From Chloroflexota bacterium (GTDB taxonomy: Bacteria; Chloroflexota; Chloroflexia; DAOUBH01), in the NCBI GenBank assembly GCA_034432775.1, contig DAOUBH010000022.1, positions 27,170 through 91,169 of the forward strand: a stretch of DNA of 64,000 nucleotides, in the 5' to 3' direction. Below, in pieces: positions 1-12,298 of the stretch. A program made the translations under genes and the position numbers. Below the pieces are notes generated by a model that saw only the letters and a program-made list of their open reading frames with translations, was not told the DNA's origin and did not search any database. Every line of letters begins with the position of its first letter. The stretch's first letter is position 1.

Positions 1-473
1 TCTTCATTCCCTGGACTCTTGCTGGAACCCTTGGGTCCTTTATCCGGTTCCCGCCCTTAAAGCGGACCCTCCAGCACATCCTCCGCAGATATACATACAG
101 TAGCGCCAGTTCAAGGGCCCTCAGTAGCGCCTACTCCGACCCATCGCACCTCACTCCTGAAGTCATCGAACGTTACAAGCTACCGTTTAAGACACCCGGC
201 TGGGACAGCGCCACCCTCCGGCTGCTGGCACAGAGCGGTGAGAACTCCCTTGTATCGAGGCTTTCAGAGATATCGCAACCTACGTTAGCTATTTGGGGAA
301 AGGAGGACCGCGTTGTGCCGCCCTATCTAGCACAACGCCTGGCTCTCAACGTTCCCAACTGTCGGATACAATTTATAGGGCACGCTGGCCACCTGCCCCA
401 TGAAGAGCAGCCGGAGGCTGCCGCAAAGGCTATCGAAGATTTCTTGAGGTCAGAAGGTTACGATCCCCTTTGA
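1..473 (+). CDS. alpha/beta-fold hydrolase, C-terminal fragment (5' end outside window)
   Basis: Frame open from window edge to TGA 471-473; tail ...IWGKEDRVVPP...FIGHAGHLPHEEQPE resembles the C-terminal His region of alpha/beta hydrolases. Confidence 0.5.
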   Translation, partial: FIPWTLAGTLGSFIRFPPLKRTLQHILRRYTYSSASSRALSSAYSDPSHLTPEVIERYKLPFKTPGWDSATLRLLAQSGENSLVSRLSEISQPTLAIWGKEDRVVPPYLAQRLALNVPNCRIQFIGHAGHLPHEEQPEAAAKAIEDFLRSEGYDPL

Positions 474-489
474 CTTGAGGTAGAAGACC

Positions 490-1179
490 TTGCTTCCCAT
501 CAGTGACGAAATACGCGCCCGAACTTTACCCTTTGTGGAATACACCGTCATAGCCCTAAACGTACTGGTATTCCTCTATGAGGTGTCCCTCGGCCGGGGT
601 ATGCAAGCCTTCATCTACGGGTTCGGGGTAATTCCTGTCGAGATCGTCACAGGCGAACCGTTGCGCGGAGTTCCCAATCCAGTGCCTACCTACGCCACTA
701 TTTTCACCTCCATGTTTGTCCACGCAGGATGGCTGCATCTTCTGGGCAACATGCTCTACCTATGGATATTCGGCGACAACGTCGAAGACAACGTAGGCCA
801 CTTCGGATTCCTCCTCTTATACCTTTTCTCCGGCGCAGCAGGATCCTTTGCCCACATACTTCTCAACCCTGGATCCACCGTGCCAACCGTTGGAGCCAGC
901 GGCGCCATCTCTGGAGTTCTTGGCGCATACCTAGTGCTCTTTCCGTCCGGTCACATTCGATCGCTGGTGTTCATTCCGCCCGTCATAACCGTTGCCCGAA
1001 TTCCTGCCCTAATCTTCATAGGATTCTGGTTCCTAATGCAGTTCATGGGGGGCCTGTCTAGTTTGGAAAACCCTCAGGCCTCAGGCGTGGCCTTCTGGGC
1101 CCATGTTGGAGGCTTCTTGGCAGGTATATTATTGGCGAGCTTCCTACGGAAAAGGAGAAACTACGTATATTATGGGTAG
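490..1179 (+). CDS. rhomboid family intramembrane serine protease
   Basis: GASGAISGVLGAY (GxSG catalytic Ser) and AHVGGFLAG (catalytic His) motifs; several hydrophobic helices; TTG start. Confidence 0.8.
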   Translation: MLPISDEIRARTLPFVEYTVIALNVLVFLYEVSLGRGMQAFIYGFGVIPVEIVTGEPLRGVPNPVPTYATIFTSMFVHAGWLHLLGNMLYLWIFGDNVEDNVGHFGFLLLYLFSGAAGSFAHILLNPGSTVPTVGASGAISGVLGAYLVLFPSGHIRSLVFIPPVITVARIPALIFIGFWFLMQFMGGLSSLENPQASGVAFWAHVGGFLAGILLASFLRKRRNYVYYG

Positions 1180-3616
1180 GAAGCCGATAAGGCAGCTGCG
1201 AAACCACAGACGTAGGTCATCTTCTAAACCATCCAGAGGATGGCTGAGGGTCCTCTTCTTCTTGCTATTCGTCCCGTCGATGCTTGCCCTGATACTGGCC
1301 ATAGTGGCCGCAGGCACGGCCTACTCATACTACGTTGAGACCGCTTCGGCCTTGGAGAGGTTCCAGGGAGCTTCTTTTGAGACCACCAAGATCTACGACA
1401 GAAATGGCGTACTGCTCACCGAGATCTTCGATCCCAGGGCCGGAAGACGAACCCACGTGACACTAACCGAAGTGCCAAAGTACTTCATAGATGCTACAGT
1501 GGCCACCGAAGACGCCACTTTCTTCAGCAATCCGGGAGTCGACATCAGAGGCATCCTTAGAGCGGCCTGGGTGAACCTTCAGGGAGGGGAGATATCTCAG
1601 GGCGGGTCCACTATCACCCAGCAGCTAGTGCGAAACGTGATCCTGGCCGACGAGAAGTTCGAGAGAAGTCTCTCGAGGAAACTTCGGGAGACAGTGCTGG
1701 CCCTTGAGCTAACCAGAAGATACTCCAAGGAACAGATCTTAGAGATGTACGTAAACGAGGTCTACTACGGAAACTTGGCCTATGGGGTCGAAGCCGCCGC
1801 CGAAGCGTACTTTGGCAAACAGGCCAAAGACCTCACCTTAGCTGAAGCCGCCCTACTGGCAGGGCTTCCTCAGGCTCCGACCCTTTACGACCCGACCATC
1901 AACTTCGACCTGGCCAAGGAGCGCCAGAGACAGGTCCTCAACCTGATGGTCAAACAGGGCTACATTACCCAGCAACAGGCCGACGAAGCCTACCTCCAAC
2001 CCCTGAGCATCAGGAAGCGGCACGATGTTCAGATGCTAGCGCCCCATTTCGTCAACTATGTAAAGGAGATTCTAGAAGAGAGGTACGGGCCAGAGGTAGT
2101 TAACCGGGGCGGTCTTACCGTCTACACCACTCTGGATCTGCGCTTCCAAGAGTTGGCAGAACAGGCAGTACGCAGCAAACTAGAGGAGCTGCGTCAACGT
2201 AATGCCCACAATGCCGCCCTGGTCGCAATGAAGCCTGCCACTGGCGAGATACTGGCCATGGTAGGCAGCGCCGACTTCTACGACGAGAGTATCGATGGGC
2301 AGGTAAATGTGGCCAACTCTGAACGCCAGCCAGGAAGCTCCTTCAAGCCCATAGTCTATGCGGCTGCTTTCACTAAAGGATGGGGGCCTGGCACCGTTGT
2401 CTTAGATGACCGCACTGGCTTCCCTGGCGGCCCCGGCGGAACCCTCTGGTACCCCAGGAACTACGACGGGCGTTATCACGGCTACGTTACATTACGCTCG
2501 GCCCTGGCTAATAGTTTCAACATCCCGGCCGTTAAGGTGCTCCAATTTGTGGGTGTGGCGGAAGCCATCGATCTGGCACACCGTATGGGCATCACTGGCC
2601 TCAACCGCGGCCTGAGTTGGTACGGACTCTCCCTCGTGCTGGGCGGTGGAGAGGTTAAACTTGTGGATATGGTGAACGCCTACAGCGTGTTCGCCAACTA
2701 CGGCGAATTCGTTCCCAAGACAGCCATCCTCAAGGTCATCGATCGTAGCGGAAACGTTCTCGAGGAGCTTGACGCCCAAAATGTTCCAAGAACCCGCGTC
2801 CTGTCTCCTCAGGTGGCATGGCTCATCAGCGACGTCCTCTCTGACAACAGGGCGCGAACGCCGATGTTTGGGGCCAATTCGCCCCTTCGGCTCAGTCAAC
2901 CCGCAGCGGCAAAAACTGGAACCACGGAAAACTATGTGGACAGCTGGACCATCGGCTACACTCCTTACCTGACGGCTGGCGTATGGGTTGGAAATTCCAA
3001 CAGCCAGCCCATGTATGAAGTGGCGGGCGCCATCGGAGCCGCCCGGATTTGGAACGCCTTCATGGAGTCGGTATTTGCCCACCCCGAACTGAAAGCAGTG
3101 CTTGCCGACCCCAAGGGCAATCTGCAGACAACCTTTGTACGTCCTCCCGGCCTTGTCTTCGGCCGCTGTGTGAGCGTCATGGACACTCGGGATAGGCCAT
3201 CTCAGCAAGCCACTCCGGGAACCGAGACGAGCGCGCCAGTGTTCATAGCTTCCGACTGGTGGCCTGCCGATAAGCTGCCCAGGGGCCAATGCTCACCTGT
3301 TAGCCAGGGGACACCCAGCGTCCCCAGCCTGGAAGAGCCAACCCCAACCCCCACACCGGAACCCACGCCAGTACCCATCCCGCCCAACATGACCAGAGTG
3401 CCCGACGTGTTCGGGCTCCCCGAGGAAACAGCCCTGCGCATGATACGGGAAGCAGGCTTAGTAGTAGGCAGCGTAAATTACCAGACCCAGAAAGATATGC
3501 CCCCGGGGGTGAACATCAACATTGTGCCCCCAAGACACGTCCTCAGCGTAACTCCCACCTACGGAACAGTACTGCCCAGGGGCTCTGTAGTCTTTGTGGC
3601 AGTAAGGAAGGAATGA
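1172..3616 (+). CDS. class A penicillin-binding protein (transglycosylase/transpeptidase) with C-terminal PASTA-like domain
   Basis: GT51 motifs EDATFFSNPGVD and GGSTITQQL; transpeptidase SSFKP, ANSFN, KTGTT; N-terminal TM anchor; Pro/Thr linker then MTRVPDVFGLPEETALRMIREAG; ATG 1172 after AAAGGAG (longer ORF from 1103 is probably upstream extension). Confidence 0.85.
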   Translation: MGRKPIRQLRNHRRRSSSKPSRGWLRVLFFLLFVPSMLALILAIVAAGTAYSYYVETASALERFQGASFETTKIYDRNGVLLTEIFDPRAGRRTHVTLTEVPKYFIDATVATEDATFFSNPGVDIRGILRAAWVNLQGGEISQGGSTITQQLVRNVILADEKFERSLSRKLRETVLALELTRRYSKEQILEMYVNEVYYGNLAYGVEAAAEAYFGKQAKDLTLAEAALLAGLPQAPTLYDPTINFDLAKERQRQVLNLMVKQGYITQQQADEAYLQPLSIRKRHDVQMLAPHFVNYVKEILEERYGPEVVNRGGLTVYTTLDLRFQELAEQAVRSKLEELRQRNAHNAALVAMKPATGEILAMVGSADFYDESIDGQVNVANSERQPGSSFKPIVYAAAFTKGWGPGTVVLDDRTGFPGGPGGTLWYPRNYDGRYHGYVTLRSALANSFNIPAVKVLQFVGVAEAIDLAHRMGITGLNRGLSWYGLSLVLGGGEVKLVDMVNAYSVFANYGEFVPKTAILKVIDRSGNVLEELDAQNVPRTRVLSPQVAWLISDVLSDNRARTPMFGANSPLRLSQPAAAKTGTTENYVDSWTIGYTPYLTAGVWVGNSNSQPMYEVAGAIGAARIWNAFMESVFAHPELKAVLADPKGNLQTTFVRPPGLVFGRCVSVMDTRDRPSQQATPGTETSAPVFIASDWWPADKLPRGQCSPVSQGTPSVPSLEEPTPTPTPEPTPVPIPPNMTRVPDVFGLPEETALRMIREAGLVVGSVNYQTQKDMPPGVNINIVPPRHVLSVTPTYGTVLPRGSVVFVAVRKE

Positions 3617-3934
3617 AAACAGATAAAGCGCCAGCCATGCACCCCCTGTCGACCCAGCCCTTCCTGCTTACCCGTGCTGGCTGACTCCGACCAGGTTTCC
3701 CCACGGCGCCCAGGATTGCCCGCTTACCGTTGCTTCCTTCCGGACCTGGCGGGGTTCACGGGATCCTGCCGCGTAGGACCCAGCCTTCAACGTCGCCCGG
3801 CACGGGCAGTCCAACAAGAACCGGCCTCGAGGGGGACTTCGACCCCGCTACAGCGGATTGCGGGTACAGGGCACCGCTAGCTCCCCGTCTAGCATGGCTG
3901 GCATATCCATTATAACTGGACCCGCGGTCATCGG

Positions 3935-4795
3935 CTATCTTGCCGAGAGGACCGCTATGCCCGCGACCATAAGGGCCGATCCTGCCAGCTTCGAAATGGT
4001 GCGGCCCTCCTCCAGCCCCTTCGCCCCTAGTAGAACACCGAAAACTATGCCGATTTCCCTGGCTGGAGCCACATAGCTCACAGGGGCCATGGACATCGCC
4101 ATCAACACCAATATGTAGGCCAGAGGAGATAGCAAGCCAACCGCCAGAACTTCCCTCCGATGGCTACGCCACTCGCTAATTACCTTCTTCCGCGACACCA
4201 GGGCTAAGGGGGTCAACAGGAGGACCCTGCCCACATCAGCAGCGTAGTTTTGCAGGAGCGGTGGTGTGAGCAGTACACCCACTGCATATTTATCCCAAAC
4301 TGTATACGTCCCAATGAGGCAGGCAATTGCCAACCCGAATAACACACCTGGTCGGTCCACTGGATTCTGCCTGGCGGCCGACCAACCTGACACTAGCACA
4401 GCCCCGGACAGTACCATGAGAGCCCCCAGCAAGTTTTCAAATCCAGGACGCTCTCCGATAAAAGCTGTTGCCATAGCCGTCGCCATCAAAGCCCCCAACC
4501 CACGGGCTAAAGGATATACCACAGACAGGTGAGCTTCCTGGTAGCCGCGCAGCAGCGTGCAATAGTACAGGCTATGCAGCACCCCTGCCCCAGCCATAAA
4601 CAGTAGGCTGTGAGGCCAGGTACCACCGCCTACGACCCAGAGGGTAGCCAGGGCCATGGGCAGGTACGCAACAGTTGCCCACAGGCTGAAGAGCCAGACA
4701 AAACCAACAACCATGCCAGCCCTTCGCGCCAGATAATTCCAGCTGGCATGGCACAGTGCCGAAGCAAGAATCAAAAACAAAGGTCCTAGATGCAT
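3935..4795 (-). CDS. EamA/DMT-family membrane transporter
   Basis: 286-aa polytopic hydrophobic protein with two-repeat architecture typical of drug/metabolite transporters. Confidence 0.6.
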   Translation of the reverse strand: MHLGPLFLILASALCHASWNYLARRAGMVVGFVWLFSLWATVAYLPMALATLWVVGGGTWPHSLLFMAGAGVLHSLYYCTLLRGYQEAHLSVVYPLARGLGALMATAMATAFIGERPGFENLLGALMVLSGAVLVSGWSAARQNPVDRPGVLFGLAIACLIGTYTVWDKYAVGVLLTPPLLQNYAADVGRVLLLTPLALVSRKKVISEWRSHRREVLAVGLLSPLAYILVLMAMSMAPVSYVAPAREIGIVFGVLLGAKGLEEGRTISKLAGSALMVAGIAVLSAR

Positions 4796-4837
4796 CCAAC
4801 TCGCTCAAGGTAGGCTGCGGATGAGCCCAAGGCCCGC

Positions 4838-6175
4838 TCAGATCCCAGTTAAGGTCGCGAGGTCCTCAGGACGATCTACATCGACCAGTATGCCAGGATC
4901 GTTCACAGTTATCTCAACCACGGCCTCGGGCCACCGTGCTGCCACCTGCCGCCCACCAACATCCCCCTTTAAAGCAGAGAGCTCGGCGAAGAACTTCCGC
5001 GGAAAGAGCACGGGGTTACCCCGGCTGCCCTCAAACACCGGCACAATAATGCTCTCCGGATGATCCCTGTGGCTCCTCAACAGAAGGTCCACAGTGCTAG
5101 ACTGCAAAAGAGGCTGGTCTCCCAAGCAGAAAAGGACCGCTTCAACACCTGGATCGAGGGCGCCTAAACCTGCGCGCACGCTGCTGGCCAGCCCCTCGGC
5201 CCAATCACTATTCTCGACGAAGGTTATCGGTAGCCCCTGCAGCACCCGCCTGAGCTGATCGGCCTGGTACCCTCCCACTACAACGACTTCGCCCACCTCG
5301 GTGTTCAAGACGATTTTAACGCTCCTGCGAGCCATGGGCACCCCGTCTATCTCAGCCAGCTGCTTGGCACCCCCGAAACGTCTCCCCTGCCCCGCTGCCA
5401 GCAGCACAGCCGCCTTTCGACGGTCCACGGCTTCAATGCTGTCCCATGCTACAAGCAGCACCCCGAAAACCCCTGGCCGCGACAGCACCCAATGGGCGAA
5501 GTCCAGAGCCACCCGTCTATCCACAAGATTCACCTTGTTCAGCACCACCCATACGCGGGCCTGGCGTGGGACCCCCTTAAGACCGCCTTCGGGGTGGGTG
5601 ACAGCCAGCGCCACGATCTCCGGGGTGAGCTCATGGCCCTCCTTGAGACCCGTAAGGGACACGAAGGCTTCAAGGCGATGGACGACCTCGTCGGAAAGAG
5701 GCATGTTCAGAGCATCGGCGCCAACCAATACCAGTACCTTGTGGGACTTGGAAGGTATCACAGGCTCGTGCTCTGCTGGCACCTTGAGCGGCCTCCTGCG
5801 CGCCCCATCGCCCTCTACAACGGTGAGGTCCACGCCCGCTAAGCCCGCCAAAGTCTCGACTTCTTCGGGCTTTAGCCCATGAAGCTTATCATCCCTGATG
5901 CGGCTACCGACCACGGTGACATGGCCGTGACGTTGCAACCCGTCAAGTACCGTACCTTGGACGTCTTTGCTCTCATCAGCAATCACAAGAAAGGGACTTT
6001 GTGACTTGCCGGGCATCGAAATATTGGTGGTGGTAGTGGTCAATACCTTCCACCCCCTGGACGCCGCCTCGGCTGCCAGCCGAAACATCACTGTGGTCTT
6101 GCCACCCCCGCCCACCAACGTCACAATGTCGCCCCGGCGTACGTCCAGGGCCTCCATCAGAGTGGCGTAGTCCAT
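4838..6175 (-). CDS. fusion: YqeC-like selenium-dependent molybdenum hydroxylase accessory domain + MocA-like molybdenum cofactor cytidylyltransferase domain
   Basis: N-terminal half has VTLVGGGGKTT P-loop and VLTTTTT; C-terminal half has LLAAGQGRRFGGAK, NSDWAEGLASSVRAG, CLGDQPLL, SRGNPVLFP, VDVDRPEDL, matching the MocA/MobA nucleotidyltransferase fold. Confidence 0.65.
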   Translation of the reverse strand: MDYATLMEALDVRRGDIVTLVGGGGKTTVMFRLAAEAASRGWKVLTTTTTNISMPGKSQSPFLVIADESKDVQGTVLDGLQRHGHVTVVGSRIRDDKLHGLKPEEVETLAGLAGVDLTVVEGDGARRRPLKVPAEHEPVIPSKSHKVLVLVGADALNMPLSDEVVHRLEAFVSLTGLKEGHELTPEIVALAVTHPEGGLKGVPRQARVWVVLNKVNLVDRRVALDFAHWVLSRPGVFGVLLVAWDSIEAVDRRKAAVLLAAGQGRRFGGAKQLAEIDGVPMARRSVKIVLNTEVGEVVVVGGYQADQLRRVLQGLPITFVENSDWAEGLASSVRAGLGALDPGVEAVLFCLGDQPLLQSSTVDLLLRSHRDHPESIIVPVFEGSRGNPVLFPRKFFAELSALKGDVGGRQVAARWPEAVVEITVNDPGILVDVDRPEDLATLTGI

Positions 6176-6359
6176 CGGCCTACATTCCGGTATGGGTGTA
6201 CTAATTATCCAGCAGGATTATAATTCTTCAAAACCACGGGAGCAGCAAGAAGACGGAGCTTAATCAGTCTATCCCACCATGGAAGTCCGCATCGCGTCAG
6301 TTCTGCTGCTGAAACAGCCCTTAGAGCCACCCGCTGCAGCAGACAAGGTAAGCTGACCG

Positions 6360-7343
6360 TCAAGGGGTTCGTTTGCGTCGGGCCTCTGGATTTACACAAT
6401 GAGGCGGCATCTCTCCCCGAAGGCCTGCCTTTAGGTTTTCCACCGCCAGCATAGCCATCTTCAGACGCGTACCCCGACTAGCACTCCCTATATGGGGCAG
6501 CACCACCACGTTCGGAAGTCTGAGAAGGGGATCGTCGGGAGCAATAGGCTCGGGGTCCGTTACATCTAGCCCAGCGCCTCCGAGGCGGCCAGTCGCCAAG
6601 GCGTTGTAGAGGGCCTTGTGATCTACTACGGGTCCACGAGAGGTGTTCACCAGAATGGCAGTAGGCTTCATGAGGGCCAGCTCTCTTTCGCCGATCATGT
6701 GCCGTGTCTCGTCGGTCAACGGAACATGCAGGCTGACGAAATCTGCTTCTCGGAGCAAATCATCCAGCGGAGCGAAACTGACCCCGAGTTCCCTCTCTGC
6801 GTCCAGCTTTCGCGACCTGCTGAAGTAAACTATCCTCATGTCGAAGCCCTTAGCCCGCCTAGCCACCTCATACCCGATACGTCCCAGGCCAATTATGCCC
6901 AAGGTCGCATGGTGCACATCGCTCCCGAGAAAAAGGTTAGGCAACCACGTTTTCCAAAGCCCCTGCCTAACGTAATCGGCGGCTTCCACCAACCTACGGG
7001 CGACGGCCAGCATCAAGGCGAAGGCTAGATCGGCTGTGGTGTCTGTAAGCACTCCCGGTGTATTCCCGACGTAGATTCCCTTGGATGTGGCCGCAGCGAC
7101 ATCGATGTTGTCGTAGCCAACCGCCATGTTGCTGATAACCCGAAGCTTGGGGGCAGCGTCCATCACCTCAGAATCGATGCGATCGGTGAGAAGCGAGAGG
7201 ATGCCCTCAGCATCGCGAACCTTAGCCAGCAACACCTCCCGAGGAGCGGGTAGCTCGTCAGGCCAGACCTCGACACCTTCCACGGCAGCCAGAGCGTCCA
7301 TGGCGGCCTGAGGTAGCGGTCGACATATAAAGACTCGGGCCAA
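6360..7343 (-). CDS. D-isomer-specific 2-hydroxyacid dehydrogenase (glyoxylate/hydroxypyruvate reductase-like)
   Basis: NAD-binding GIIGLGRIGYEVARR; catalytic region NTSRGPVVD...LDVTDPEP...LPHIGSAS. Confidence 0.8.
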   Translation of the reverse strand: MARVFICRPLPQAAMDALAAVEGVEVWPDELPAPREVLLAKVRDAEGILSLLTDRIDSEVMDAAPKLRVISNMAVGYDNIDVAAATSKGIYVGNTPGVLTDTTADLAFALMLAVARRLVEAADYVRQGLWKTWLPNLFLGSDVHHATLGIIGLGRIGYEVARRAKGFDMRIVYFSRSRKLDAERELGVSFAPLDDLLREADFVSLHVPLTDETRHMIGERELALMKPTAILVNTSRGPVVDHKALYNALATGRLGGAGLDVTDPEPIAPDDPLLRLPNVVVLPHIGSASRGTRLKMAMLAVENLKAGLRGEMPPHCVNPEARRKRTP

Positions 7344-7345
7344 GG

Positions 7346-10023
<2,678 letters not shown>

Positions 10024-10031
10024 TTCGGCCG

Positions 10032-11612
10032 CTACTCGGGCCCAGCCGGCCGATCGATGAGGGAGGCGCAGGTCATCTCCGGGGCTGGGGGCAGAGCCAG
10101 CAACTCCAGAACAGTCAAAGTAACATCACAAAGCCGCCGAAGGGGAGGTCTCAAACGCACCTTCCGATAGGGGCTGTCCTCCGGGGCGACAAGTATAGCA
10201 GGAGCCGGGTTCATAGAGTGGGCAGTGTGAGGACCACCTGTCAGGGGATCTATCATCTGTTCGGCGTTTCCGTGGTCAGCGGTAACTACCAGTATCCCGC
10301 CCAGAGCCAGCGTGGCATCTACCACTCGACCAACGCCCTGATCCACAGCTTCGGCAGCCCTTTTAGCAGCTTCTATTACTCCTGTGTGGCCCACCATGTC
10401 ACAGTTGGCATAGTTTATGACGACGAAGTCGTACTTGCCCGAACGGATCCTCTCCACGGCCACATCGGTCACCTCGGGAGCGCTCATCTCTGGCTTCAAA
10501 TCGTAAGTGGCCACCTTGGGAGACGGAACTAACAGCCGGTCCTCTCCCGGGAAGGGCGTCTCGTAACCGCAGTTCAAGAAATACGTCACATGGGCATATT
10601 TCTCTGTCTCGGCCACGTGGAACTGGGTGAGCCCATGGTCGCTTATGATCTTTGCCAATGGGTTCTTTACCTCCAAAGATCTGAAGGCCACCAGAACGGG
10701 CAAACCCTCTTCGTACTCGGTCATCGTTACGAATAGTAGGTCCTCAAGAGGCTTCCCGCGATCGAACTCGTGGAAATCGGGCAGAACGAAGGCTTTCGTC
10801 AACTGCCTGGCCCTGTCAGCCCTGAAATTGAAATGTACCACCGCATCGCCGTCTCTCACCTGGCCTACAGGTTTCCCCGATGCGTCCAGAATGACACAGG
10901 GCACTATGAACTCGTCGGTAGTTCCTTCGCGATAAGAACGGATTATGGCCTCCTCCGCGCTCGGGGCGGTGCGACCCACACCATGAACTATAGCATCGTA
11001 AGCAAGCTTCACCCGGTCCCAACGCTTATCGCGGTCCATGGCATAGTACCGGCCAGACACCGACGCAATCCGACCTACATCGATTCTCGCCGTAGCTTCT
11101 TCCAGCTCCTTTACGAAGCCAAGGCCAGAATCCGGCGGCGTATCCCGCCCATCGGTAAAGGCATGCACGAATACCTTTCGGAGGCCAAACCTCGCCGCCA
11201 TATCGAGCAGTGCAAACAAATGACGGGAATGGCTGTGTACCCCGCCGTTGCCGATCAGGCCCATGAAGTGCAGCGCGGATTCCCTGGTACGCGCATGCTC
11301 CATGGCCTTGACCAACGCCTCGTTGGAATAGATAGTCCCGTCTTCAACAGCCCTATCTATCAGAGTGAGGTCCTGATACACGATGAAGCCGGCTCCGAGG
11401 TTCATGTGGCCGACCTCGGAATTGCCCATCTGTCCTTTGGGCAAGCCAACGGCTTCCTCGCAGGTCTTCAGCTCCGTACGAGGATACGAGGCCCAGAGGC
11501 GATCGAAATTGGGCGTGTTGGCCAGATAAATGGCATTTCCGGGCCCTGGGGCCGCCAGCCCCCAGCCATCAAGTACGACCAGCACTACCGGCCTATGTAA
11601 CCTTGCCTCCAT
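10032..11612 (-). CDS. gpmI: 2,3-bisphosphoglycerate-independent phosphoglycerate mutase
   Basis: VVLVVLDGWGL, MGNSEVGHMNLGAG, HGVGRTAPSAEEAI; 526 aa. Confidence 0.95.
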   Translation of the reverse strand: MEARLHRPVVLVVLDGWGLAAPGPGNAIYLANTPNFDRLWASYPRTELKTCEEAVGLPKGQMGNSEVGHMNLGAGFIVYQDLTLIDRAVEDGTIYSNEALVKAMEHARTRESALHFMGLIGNGGVHSHSRHLFALLDMAARFGLRKVFVHAFTDGRDTPPDSGLGFVKELEEATARIDVGRIASVSGRYYAMDRDKRWDRVKLAYDAIVHGVGRTAPSAEEAIIRSYREGTTDEFIVPCVILDASGKPVGQVRDGDAVVHFNFRADRARQLTKAFVLPDFHEFDRGKPLEDLLFVTMTEYEEGLPVLVAFRSLEVKNPLAKIISDHGLTQFHVAETEKYAHVTYFLNCGYETPFPGEDRLLVPSPKVATYDLKPEMSAPEVTDVAVERIRSGKYDFVVINYANCDMVGHTGVIEAAKRAAEAVDQGVGRVVDATLALGGILVVTADHGNAEQMIDPLTGGPHTAHSMNPAPAILVAPEDSPYRKVRLRPPLRRLCDVTLTVLELLALPPAPEMTCASLIDRPAGPE

Positions 11613-12298
11613 TCTTCGACCTCTCCTCGAAAACCCAGCCGTGCATTATACCCCACACTCACGAGAAGCCCGCCCAGCTGCCCGTGCGAATTTGGCCAGA
11701 ACCTTTGTGCAGCCGAGGCGAGCATACCTCCGGTAATACCTAGCAGAGCAAGAAGGGACAGCATTGAATCTTCCTGCTTGGGGAGATAAAACTAAACGCA
11801 AGGCTCAGTGTATGCCCCAGCCCACGTTCAAGTTCGGCCGTGCAGGCTAGAGCGACTAGCATTTTTTTCTCCAGTGGGTCCCACCCTCGGGCCTCATCGG
11901 CTGCGAGAATACCTTAAAAAATTCTAGGACGTGGCCTATCTTCCCCCAGCTAACAACTATCGTATCGGTATGTAGTTCCGCAGAATCTGAGCTCTTGGCG
12001 CGCGTACGCCCGTGTACGATTGAAGGGCAGTGCCTACTGCCAGACAAGTCAAGCACTGTCAGGGACCTGCACAGTTAACACGAGGGCAGGAAGACGAAAA
12101 CCGATGGACGTATAGGGTTCGCGGTACGGGCAGCCTCCGAGCTTCGAATGATACCTTTAACCCGTTATATACATTGGTATATTGCCGTTAAATTCTGACG
12201 CAATCTTAAAAGATGCTACGCATAATGAAACAAGTAGGCTTTTGCACTTTCAACTCTGGTACAAAGACTTATCATGCCACAGGCGGGAGTGGCGGAGC

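Noticed and set aside
2492-3289. 265-aa minus-strand ORF
   Set aside because: Antisense to the PBP gene.
10770-11600. 276-aa plus-strand ORF
   Set aside because: Antisense to gpmI, which has unmistakable conserved motifs; no recognisable domain.
11856-12056. 66-aa ORF in the intergenic region upstream of the molybdoenzyme cassette
   Set aside because: No start context and no motif; probably non-coding.
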